DNA of 64,000 nt, taken from Daphnia carinata (Eukaryota). Below are positions 1-10,529 of the stretch, piece by piece (within the stretch, counting starts at the first letter, position 1; the number at the start of each line of letters is the position of its first letter). The translations under genes and the position numbers were made by a program. The notes beneath the pieces were generated by a model, which saw only the letters and a list, made by a program, of their open reading frames with translations, made no database searches and was not told the origin of the DNA. The stretch is taken from contig NC_081332.1 in the NCBI RefSeq assembly GCF_022539665.2, positions 7,502,001-7,566,000 on the forward strand. The letters run 5' to 3'.

Positions 1-400
1 ATATTCAGTTTTCTACATTGGGTTTCAGCGATCGTCCGGGGCTAGGGTAAGGTCTGTAGCAACTTACCCTTTTAATACTTCTAATGCCATAAGGTTCACT
101 TGTAAAAGATATCAATTTTCGTAATCCTTGCTATTTATTTTGTCGGGCTTATTTTCAAGCCCTAACTTCTTTAACATCGGGAGCCGTTGAGTGAAATAGA
201 ACTGGATACCTTACCAGTAGATGGCTATACTTTTTGATGGATCGTCTGACAGTATAAATTCATTGTTTACCACATTGCAATAATCAATTCCTGTCACGTC
301 TGACGCAACTGGGGTGATTACCACACACAACAATAAAACAATACTGACAACGGTCAGGTTAATATCTTAATCTAATATTCTGGTATTACACAGTTATCTT

Positions 401-1047
401 TGTTAGGATCCGCCAGCCAGTCACGTCGGCTGCACGGATATAAAAAGAACGCTACTTGGGAAAGTTAAGAAGGAGACAAGGTGTGGAGTACTTACGCGGA
501 CGTCATGGCGCTGGAGAGAGCTGAAGGTACGGCGACGTCGGAAGGGGGTGGTGGTGGACTTGGGCAGAACGGGAAGTGGCGTCTCAGTTGAGGATGTTTG
601 CAGGGCGATCAGAAGAACACGACAGTTGTAGGTGTTGAACTCAGTTTATTTCGAAGTACGTAAGAGGGTACACAAAACTCAAGCGTGGATTTAAATGTTA
701 CACAAATAGAGTGCTACGGCACGACTAACTGGACAGCAGGTTGCAAGAATACTAAAAAAAAGGCACAGCTCAGGCGTTGGTTTTATACCGCGCTTTGGCT
801 TGATGACGCCAACTTGGCGTGGAACGCTAAGTTTGCGTGGGGTCATCGCAACAGAGCCAGAATGTTACGCGAAACGTGAGGTCGACTGATTTATGTCCTG
901 TCGTTGACCCCACGTCATGCGAAGAAAGGGTAATAAAAAACGAAACAAGAGGCGAAAGAGTCAAGTGGGGGAGAAGGGGGGGGGGGGGCAAACGCAACAT
1001 GAGAAATAGAACACATAATCTAACTAACTTATTTAACTTTAAAGTTT
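401..1047 (-). mobile_element. LTR-like segment (possible solo or terminal LTR)
   Basis: On the minus strand it starts TGTTG (1047) and ends CTAACA (401). It contains a TATA-like cggTATAAAA (~781-790), AATAAA (~645-650) and a GTAAGT donor (~491-496). No TSD found, so the boundaries are tentative. Confidence 0.4.
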
Positions 1048-2300
1048 TATCGGGAGTTCTTACAACATGTAAGCTTGCAGCATTTTTGTTATGCTGGCAT
1101 GTAATCTAAATTTTGTAATTTTAGGTGATGGCATTCGCGTTACGTTTAAGTCAAGATCTACTCTACAATGGGATAAATTTTTCGTAGAATAAGTATCTCC
1201 GAGAGCTATGTGTTGCAGTATCATGCTGATGGTAAAAGGTGTATTCAATTTTTAATAACTTTTGAATTTTCTTCTCTGTATGTGCAGTGACGTGACAGTA
1301 CTGGTTGGTGGTGTTATCTAGGGATAAACCTTTCCATTTTCCCATCCAATCTGTAAGACAGCTCTGATTGTTTGCATAACTACAGCAATATTCCCTGCAT
1401 AACAAAGGGAATGTTCTCATTTTCTTTAGTGAACTGTTCCCTGTTCAGTTCTTATTGCCATTTTTGGCAATCGAAGAGGCCCAAGAAGAATATTGATTTT
1501 CTACCAGACTGCCATTCTGCCAAAGATGTCTTCGTAAGCGATTCGGTATTTGATTGATGGTTTAGAGATCATGGGTTTATTAAATAAAACATCTTTAATT
1601 ACAGAAAGGAAGGTTCCAAATGATAAGCCCATCAGTATCGTGAAAACGATATGGATATTTTGGTCCAACCCTCACACATGGTGTGTTCCAAGTTAAGTGC
1701 GTAGGTGAATTCTCATGGAAAATGTGATCCAAGCCTCCCATGTAACGGTATTTGTTTCATTTAAAGCGAAGCACAAAAATTGGTTCACATCTATTCTGTG
1801 GTCACATTTTACCTTGATCTTAATTTCTCTTTCATTCCAGTCTCCTTGATGACATTTTGCAGCTAACCGTAAAAGATGTCCAGCCATTATATTTCCCTGT
1901 TTAAGAATAGAAGACGAAAAGAGATGCTAAATTTTCAAAGAACGCTACTCAGACGACACGGCTAATTGCTGATTCATCCCGAACAGTAAAGAGTTTTATT
2001 CTCTTAAATTCAAGTGCATATCTGGGCTCCCTTCTTTCTGTGGCCCCGTTTCCCCTAAATTTCTAATAAGCCCGTAGGGGGGTCATGCCCCTACTGTGAT
2101 CAGCAGTTAAAGGTTGTGAGTGCGCTGTCCGGAAAGGGGACGTGGGGGTCCCCCTGGCTCGATGATATCTTTTTGAGGGTCTTGGGGCTACCCACATATC
2201 CGAATAACGGTTAATCGCTCACGTGAAAACTTGTCCTTATCATCACTCTTCATCCTTTTCCGGCTTCTCTTAGCCACGCACCGGGTAATCTCCCCGGTGA

Positions 2301-2361
2301 GTCAACTAAGGTAGGGGGAGACTCTACTCATGTGGTAGAGTTTTCTCCTACCTTAGTTGAC
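2301..2361 (+). repeat. 61-nt hairpin/palindrome with a 27-bp stem
   Basis: gtcaactaaggtagg pairs perfectly with cctaccttagttgac (15 bp). A further 12 bp (gggagactctac/gtagagttttct) pair with three G-U wobbles, closing a 7-nt loop. Confidence 0.9.
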
Positions 2362-2510
2362 ACAAAAAAATTTTACATCAATAAAAATTGTTTTTTTTTT
2401 AATTCAAAAATCTTTTTACTTATTTTGTCTTTCTTGTACCTTATTTTATACGTCTACATGTAATCCGCATGAGGTATTTCTTCATTTATCTTTTGCTGAT
2501 ATGCATCATT

Positions 2511-2735
2511 CTGGGATTCGAACCTCAGACATTTCATATCTCAGTCGAACGCTCTACCATTGAGCCACTGTTAACCATACAGACAATAATTCCCATTTGA
2601 AAGCGTATCGACTTATCCACTACAAACAAAGGTATTAAGGAAGAAATTACATATTTGTATACGTTGTAGATGGCTCAATGGTAAAGTATTAAACTGATAC
2701 GCTGGAGGTCTAGGGTTCGATCCCCAATCCAGTTC
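2511..2735. pseudogene. Divergent pair of degenerate tRNA-like sequences (2511-2570 minus, ~2665-2735 plus)
   Basis: Both have the A-box TGGCTCAATGG and a B-box (GGTTCGAATCC / GGTTCGATCCC) at tRNA spacing. No good acceptor stems. Confidence 0.6.
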
Positions 2736-3253
2736 ATGAAAATACTCTCATAAATAAAAACAAACTTTATTTAAAAATCTAACACATTTTTTATTGTCCC
2801 TCCATCCTCCCACAAATCCTCCACTTACATTCACATCTTACAACACAACACAATACAAGACATACATAAATAACTAACTAACAGGTTGGCTGCCACGCCA
2901 CTAAATTTACATTAATTACGTCGCTATCGGAAGGATAGCGACCAAGGGGGACTTGCCCGCTGACAAGTCCGGGCTGACATGATGATGGAGACCGTTGTGG
3001 GAACGCACACCCCAGGTCTCCACCACACATCGGACAAAGGGAGTCCCTCTGGTGCGTTGCCTAATTGCCTTTCGGCGAATCTTGGGCAGTGGCAACTACT
3101 CCACCTCATGACAGATAGGCCATGAGGCAGAACAGCGCGGCCCGTCCCTATATAGCTAAAAAAAAAAGGGGAGCAAACGGGCGTGGCAGCCAACGTGTAA
3201 ATTAGTACTACACAATTACACAATAAAAAAATACAACGATACCACAAAGACCA

Positions 3254-3428
3254 GGCGATGACGTGGCGACCACGAGGCGACGGGCGAGGCGATGATGGCG
3301 CGACGGGCGAAGAGAAGACGTGGCGACCGGGCGAGAAGGTGACGTGGCGACGGGAAAGGCGAAGACGGGGCGACGGGCGAGGCGAAGACGGGGCGACGGG
3401 CGAGGCGACGACGGGCGAGGCGACGAAG
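3254..3428. repeat. GC-rich GGCGAC(G)/GGGCGA low-complexity minisatellite
   Basis: Repeated ggcgacgggcga-type units are visible directly. Confidence 0.85.
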
Positions 3429-3911
3429 TGGGAAATATAAGATTGTTGTTGTAACCAAACGTTGAAAGCAATTCGACTTACTTCTGCTGTCCGAAGACTG
3501 AAAAGACTGTAGGGCCAGCAAATAGGCAGCAGACAGCTAAGAGTTGGCAGTTCTATGGTTGAATGTTCAATTTAAATAAAAAGGCAAACTATATGAGGCA
3601 GAAGAAAAATTTAAAATACCAGTAGAAATTGTGTTGAGGTACATGTCTATGTCTGTTGGTAGGCTAGGTCGAGATTACAACTGCCGAAATGACTGTTGTT
3701 ACAGCTGATACTGCAACGAAGATGAATATGGTGCACTACTCAGATCACGATTAACAGTAGACCATGAGTGGTTAAAGAGTAGAAGAATGATATTATGGTA
3801 TTCCTACCCATAGGATTTGCATCTTTGGTGACATTCCTCAACAGGACGTATTCTTTACAAACGAAGTTTCATGAGCTAAACCTTAGAAGCAAAATCCGTC
3901 AATGAGATTCT

Positions 3912-6228
3912 TTTTTTTTTTTTTCTTTCTTTCTTAAGGTGCCTCCCGTGTGGCGTTGCCATATCGAGAGCGGGTCGTCCTAGGAGACCGAAATTGGCAC
4001 CGGGAAATTGCTCGGAAAAGTGGGATGATTTTGAATTAGATTAGCAGCGTTTGTGGAGTCCTGATTTCCAGAAGAAATTTAAAACCAAGTCCCTGATCTT
4101 GAATTTGGCGAGGTTGTCACAAACTTGCGGTGGATGTAGGAGATTGGATAGGTTCAACTGAAGTTTTAACTCCGAGAGGAAGCTTTTTAGTTCCTCTCTT
4201 TCGGCAGCGAGGTGGGGACACTCAATAATTAGATGTGAGGGAGTCTCTTTCACAGGGCAGCCATAGCTGCAGTATGGGGATACAGAGGGATCAAATAACG
4301 AAACGCGGGCGTTTAAACGTAGCCGGTTCGACCGGAGTTTGTGAAGAATGCTGTTTCTGACTCTGTTAGGGTGCACCAACCAGGGTTCTGGGTGAATGGA
4401 GTTCCTAGGGTGAGAAGCAAAGAAGTCATGGTGACTCGCAAGGTATAGAGACATCAGCTTGGACCATGCTATGCGAAAAACATTTAGGGCGAGTTTAGGT
4501 GAGTCGACGAGATCGATTTTTTCGCAGTTAGGATCCGTTCTTGCGTCGTTTGCCAGACGATCCACTAATTCATTTTCTGGAATGCCTACATGGCTTGGAA
4601 TCCAGTAGAGAATAACTTTGGAGCCGGCAGAAGAGCTGGTTAAGGCCCTGTTCCGAATCTTGACCACCAGTTCGTTTGAAGGGTGTAGAGCATTGATGGC
4701 GGAGATGGCACTGAGTGAGTCCGAGAAGATCCGGATTAGCTGCGCCGGGCCGTTGTCAGCGTGTTCAATGGCCTTTAGAATAGCCAACAATTTAGCTGTG
4801 AAGATGTTCGTATCACTAGAAAGTTTCCAGGCTTTTTTCACTTGAGAATTTGGGCAGTAGATGGCGCATGCTGTTGAGTTGTTTTCGAAGTCACGGGAGC
4901 CATCTGTGAAGACGCTTACCGTACTAGAACTGGCGTTGTTTTGCGTAAACAGTGCTCGAAAGAGTAGTCTGGTGAACGTTGGATTTTCAAGAGCATTGTT
5001 TTTCGAGATTGGGAGTATAAATGTAGGTATTTTCGGCATCAACCATGGAGGATTTAGCAGATTTTCGGGAAAACTAACGGAGGTAAACAGGGAAACTTTT
5101 AAAGCTAACAGTTGGAACTTGCACAACACAACACTTGGGGTACTTCTGGTGTTCCATAAGGTGAGGCTAGAGTAAGTACTTTTCGCACTATCATAAAAAG
5201 GGTTCTTTGGTTTACTTTGCAGCTTTATGAGGTAAAGGCAGGCTAACCATTCACATCTGCAATGAATGGGGGTTATGCCTGTGTCCAGCCACAGATGTGC
5301 ACGAGGAGTGGAGTTTGGAGCCAGAAGGATTGCACGAAGAATTGAGTTTTGGATTGTATCCAGCTTCCTGGTAAGGGGAGATCTGCCCTGAAGGATACTT
5401 AGGTAAGAATAGTCTACAATGCTTCTTACTAATGCTGTGTACAGATTGACCAGGAGTTTGGGTTTCAGGTTCAGATTCTTCCTAACCAGGATTTTGAAGA
5501 AGTTTGCTCTTCGAGAAACCTTTGTAACTAAATCTTGCAGATGTTGGTTCCAGTTGAGCTTACGGTCAAAGGTGATACCCAGGAATTTGCCATGACTGAC
5601 GGCAGGGATACTCTCACTGTTAAAGGTCAGATGGAGAGGGACGTAGTTCTTAATTCTTCTGCTGAACGATATGGAGAAACACTTGGACACAGAGATTTGG
5701 AATCTCCAGGTAGCACACCATCTTTCAAATTTTCTTATTGCAGTTTCTAGCCTTTTTCGGGCTTTGCTTCTTAGGGAGTGAGTGCAGCGGGCTGAGATGT
5801 CATCCGCGAACATTTTGACGATAACGCCTAAATTGTTTTTCGGGTTCCTACACAAGGGGAAGTCACGGGTCATGATAGTGAAGAGAATGGGGCCCAGTAC
5901 TGAGCCTTGGGGAACTCCGACGGAGATGATTTTGGCATGTGACAGTGTACTGTCTAGTTTGACCCGAACCTTCCGCTGTAGCAGGAAGTTCAGGAGCCAT
6001 TTGAGGATGTTCCCTGTAACTCGCGCTTGACTTATTTTGAAGAGCAGCCCGGGTAGCCACACCAGGTCGTAAGCTTTTTTAATGTCTAGAAAGACGCAGT
6101 GAGTTTCTTTTTTCTTGTTGAAGCCCGAGGTGACGGCATTCTCCAAATCCCATAGGTGGTCGTGTGTGGAACAGCCCTTACGAAATCCTGCTTGGCTTGA
6201 GGGGAGTATGTTGTAGTGCTCGAGGTGG
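3912..6228 (-). mobile_element. 5'-truncated non-LTR retrotransposon with RNase H (I-group-like)
   Basis: 12-bp TSD caatgagattct at 3900-3911 and 6229-6240; 3' tail (AAGA)n+polyA at 3912-3935; RT, RNase H and C-terminal Cys/His motifs in the ORF. Confidence 0.95.
4041..6228 (-). CDS. LINE ORF2 C-terminal part: RT, RNase H and CCHC-type zinc motif (uninterrupted, endonuclease missing)
   Basis: RT: QAGFRKG, FLDIKKAYD, GVPQGSVLGPILF, FADD, FLGITFD. RNase H: VFTDGS, IFSDSLS, WIPSHVGIPENELVD. Zinc motif: CSYGC...ETPSHLIIEC. The predicted N-terminus at 6229-6278 is TSD and flank. Confidence 0.93.
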
Positions 6229-6869
6229 CAATGAGATTCTGATAACAAAACATTAGTCCTATACCTCTCAATGAGCACTCGTATAGTTTTATGAATGCAA
6301 CGTAGTAGGTTGCTAACAGTTTTTTGGTTTGTCAGCTGACATAGTTGATTAAAAGACGTGTACCATAAACACCAAGCATTCTGTGGGCTTCACTTCTAAA
6401 ACACACTCAGGGATGAAAACGTACAGAAGCACCATTAGTTTTTCTTAAGTTTTCCATTGGAATATGACATATTTAACAGAAACTTTCGAACACAGCTTTC
6501 ACCGTTCACACTTAGTCAGCAAGTAAATAGTGACACAGCAGCGTCATCTTGTTTTCCAATTAACAACCGAAAAATTCATCAAAATTGAAAATATTGCTTT
6601 TTTGAGACGGGAACTGCATTGATGTGAACTCTTTAAACATACTTTTAGATCGTGAATCACTCACACACAATCACATTTTTTCACTGACTTTTATTTATTT
6701 ATCCAAAAACCTAGATATTTCTAGGAAAATACATGATTTGGGTTCACAGTTCAACAAGGATGCTGATTGCGCTTCACACACATCTAGAAATTTCGCAAGT
6801 TGACGTATCTCTGGATTGTTAGCTAGTCAACATCTGCATGATAATACACTTTTCTTTTTTTTGAACAGC

Positions 6870-8944
6870 TGCAATGGTATTTCGGTCATAAGTTCCACGG
6901 AAAAATTTCTCCATTGAGGCAAGAACGCCAATTGTGCGTTATCTTGTGCCTATTTTCAATTAAATGGATACGCCGTCACTTTTCTGATCGGAAGAGCTCA
7001 CTTTGGCCTGGAATATTGTTTTGAATGGTGTAATTAGTATACATTGCATACATTAAATTGGATCAATTACTTTTTGGCATACGTTCAATTGTGTGAGGCT
7101 GTCAAACCGTCGACAGGCGGTATCTAAAGGAGGAAATCAGCTACGAGCTTGCGGACTCTAAACAAACGCAAAACTAATAAAAAATTATAAAGATAGCCTG
7201 AAACCAAATTGTAAAGAAAATTAATTTTAGTTTCCAGCACTTCATCAATCAAACATCGTCAACGTTGGCACAGGTGATTTTTCCATGTTCATTGTTTCAG
7301 GTCACCAATTTCTACTATATGATTCAAGAGGAAATGAGGTTACACGAACAGAAAATTAACCATACAATTCAACTGATAGATAAAAACACCATGATGCGTG
7401 GAAGTGAAATACACCACATCACAACTGTTAAAACTGTCAGAACATTCACCACCCATGCAAAACATTTTCTGATTCATTGATCTTCATCACCTAGCCTATA
7501 CCACGAAAACCAAACACAATTAGTGCATAACGTTTTGCTGATGAAAGCTAACATATACCTGACAAATTTACTGCAGACCAGCAATTCCTGATGGACTCCC
7601 ACACAACATTCCAGATAAACAAAACAGTAGTTATTCCTAAACAAACATCTTGCAATAGTGGTCAATATAATGCAGTAACTGGTAAACATAAAATCTCACA
7701 TGAACAACAAATGTGAACGGAACCATTCGAAAATGAGGTAAACAATTTCAAAAATGAATTTGCACAAAAAGGATTTTAACTAAAACACTACCAGAGAACG
7801 AAGTTTTTCCTTCCACCTTTTCCTAATTTTAAAATCAATTAAAGAAACATAATTGTTAAGCAAATCTCACTGTGTACCTTTTTGTTGGTTGAATTTGGGA
7901 ATGGCTTACTAGTTGGAATAAGTTTTTTTCTTTTACCCCAGATTTGCTTTCCGGGCAGCGCACTTCCAACTTTTTCTGCTGATCACAGTATCTGCATGAC
8001 CCGCTGCAGAATTATCGCAAGTGAAGAGGAAATCGGGTCACAGATACAAAGGGGCACAGGTACACGTTTATTTTCTTTAAATACCATAACGAGTGAAATA
8101 AACGAATCCGAAGAGCTTCGGTAATCATTCCAACTACCATAATTTTTTTGGCACTGAGCCTCCGTCAATTTTCTTTCCCAATCCTTTATAATTAAGAATC
8201 TGCCTTTAGAAAAATAAAACAAGAATCAGTGTAAATTTCTTGTCAATTGAATTACCTAAAACTGTGGAATCCTAGAGACATAATATTCTACAAACTCTTT
8301 GAATCCCTTGAAAGCAGAAAAATTTCTGCTAAAAGGTCCACGTTAGCCAGATACAGGTCAACTGGTACTTCCTTTTCGACTGGCATTGGCAGTGATAAAT
8401 AACAAGTAGGATCAAATGCAACTGAGACCTCATCAGACCCCATACAAACCAAAGCCAATTTCAATACCCAACTAAAGAGATCTACTACTACAGAATCTAT
8501 CTGTATTCTACTTATGATAAAATACCCAACATTCATGTGCAGCTTCCTGAAAAATAAAATGAGTTGGAACACAAGTGAACCTTGCTAATAAAAATTTGTA
8601 GCTATTTCACCTATATTTTGTCAGTGTCCATCGATGCAAGACTTCTTCAAAATCGGATTCAGATGTTCGTCTAAGCCCACCCCAGAACAACGTAGAGTAG
8701 TTCTCGCGAAGCAGGGTGCTGGTATCCGGGAAACTGCAGAGCAAATCTACCGACTTGCAACTTACCCAATTCAAAATCGTTACGATGCACAAGTTAAAAA
8801 CCTAGCTTTTACAAAGCAAGTAAATGGTATACCTTAAATACACTCGAAGGTAATGCATGGTCACCTTGGTAAGGTGTCCGCCAGACCACATCGTTCGTAC
8901 AAGATGGCGCCGAGCATTTGCATTTCCTCCCTTGGATTTCACCT
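6870..8944 (-). pseudogene. Decayed multi-exon ubiquitin-specific protease (USP15/USP4/USP11-like) fragment
   Basis: Exon remnants LVRTMWSG, LQVGRFALQFPGYQHPASRELL.. GLDEHLNPILKK (frameshift ~8680), DSVVVDLF..SVAFDPTCYLSLPMP and RLGDEDQ*..SLPRIMV resemble the USP15-family catalytic domain. There are stops and frameshifts, and no Cys-box is visible. Confidence 0.75.
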
Positions 8945-9532
8945 ACAAAAATAAAGGTCTACCACGTTCGGCTGCCGTGATATAACTAGCCGCTACGACG
9001 CCATGATAAATGTGGCCATCAGCAGCTCAGCTCAGCACAGCACCTGGGCCACCTAGCGACTAGCCCCCTACGAGCCTAAAGCAAATATTTTGTTTGAGAA
9101 ATAAGACTTTAATTGAATAAAAAAAAAATTTTTTAATGGGATGGGAAGAAAAAAAAATCTAGGTATTGAAATAAACCACAAAAAAAACACAGAAAGACTA
9201 AGAACTTAATCTAATTAATTCAATGTGCGTTGGTTCGTACGATGTTTCGTCGACTGGATCATTCGCAACAACGTGACTTTTCTAATAACTTATACATCTA
9301 CTTACTAATGCCATCAACTTTCGTTTTTCAAAATACGGAATTACATGACATCACGTATTTTACCGCCTGCTCCCTCCGAGACTCTTACGGCGCTATACAC
9401 CATTTTTATTAAAATCTTTTGGTTATGGGGAACTTACTGAACAATGAGTCGTGTAATTTATTGTTTCCAATCTATTTTACAAAAGCCAAGCCACTACCTG
9501 TATGCACCATCATTGACGAGAGCGGTAGGTTG

Positions 9533-10429
9533 TCAGGGTAGGCTGAATCTTTCCATAAGTTTACCCTGTTCCGTGAGATTTTTTCTAACTTTTGTCCTCA
9601 TATAATAGATGGGGCAATCTCGGCTAAATGTGGCAAACGATTAGTATTAAGTATGTAACATGATTAGGATATCACTCAAACTATTTACTTGCAACAAAGA
9701 ATCTCTTCGTTGAGACTTCCCTGGCACCGTTGACATTCTGTCCATAAACGATTAAACTTCTCTTCGAGAGCATAAAGTTGGCCAATTTCCCTCTGGTAGA
9801 ACTCCGATTCTTTCGGCTTGCAAAATCTGTTTAAATTGGAACAGCAATTTTAACAAACATCGCCGAGATAGGCAGAAATTAGACTTACTTGCATACAGCA
9901 CTATCGTCTGGAAGGACGGTTTTGCATCCAACACAGGTGGATTTGCGTGTGGTAAAGCTAGCCAATCCACCAATTTTTTAAGTAACAAATGAAGGCGTCC
10001 GGGTATGGTAACCATCTACAATACGGAATACAAACCGTTCAATTATGTCAAGCAAATAAAGGCGATAAGTCCGTGTTTACGTAGCAACAATGATTCCGCT
10101 TTAGATCCAAGTATGGGTTCCAAAATCCGAACAAGGGGTTTTGAAAGCTGATTTTCCAAATGGTATGGGGCATCAATAGGTACGCTGTATTCCATTACAA
10201 AAATAGGGTTTTCCGTCTAAAGAAGACGTATGAAAACTTAATAGTTCATGAGAAATTTGAAATCCAAAGACGAACCTTGAGGTAAGCTGGTGTACTTTTA
10301 GCGGCTGCGATAATGACATACGGAACTCGATCCCCTAATTTTGGGGTTGTACCAGCATCTCGCTTACGCATCTTGTGAGCTAGTTCCACATGTGCCTGTT
10401 TACTGGCGTAGTCTTTATCTGTTTTAGTC
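9533..10429 (-). pseudogene. POLD1: DNA polymerase delta catalytic subunit, 3' exons, with an in-frame stop
   Basis: [45 protein letters not shown]; CysA CVGC..C..C; Cys[24 protein letters not shown]; ~60-75-nt introns. In-frame TAA at 9979-9981 (FVT*KIGGL). The 5' part lies in the gap. Confidence 0.85.
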
Positions 10430-10529
10430 NNNNNNNNNNNNNNNNNNNNNNNNNNNNNNNNNNNNNNNNNNNNNNNNNNNNNNNNNNNNNNNNNNNNNNN
10501 NNNNNNNNNNNNNNNNNNNNNNNNNNNNN
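10430..10529. other. Assembly gap (100 N)
   Basis: Run of N. True distance and linkage across it are unknown. Confidence 1.

Noticed and set aside
2924..3165. RING-like remnant (CPMCGG) on the minus strand
   Set aside because: Only one Cys pair and stops in frame; insufficient support.
3208..3521. ORFs of 60-101 aa over the GGCGAC repeat
   Set aside because: They are open only because of GC-rich low complexity.
4618..6030. Plus-strand ORFs antisense to the LINE (likewise antisense ORFs over gag, env and DIRS)
   Set aside because: Shadows of the coding strand with no motifs of their own.
6229..6278. N-terminus of the 745-aa ORF as a real start
   Set aside because: It lies in the TSD and flank, outside the truncated LINE.
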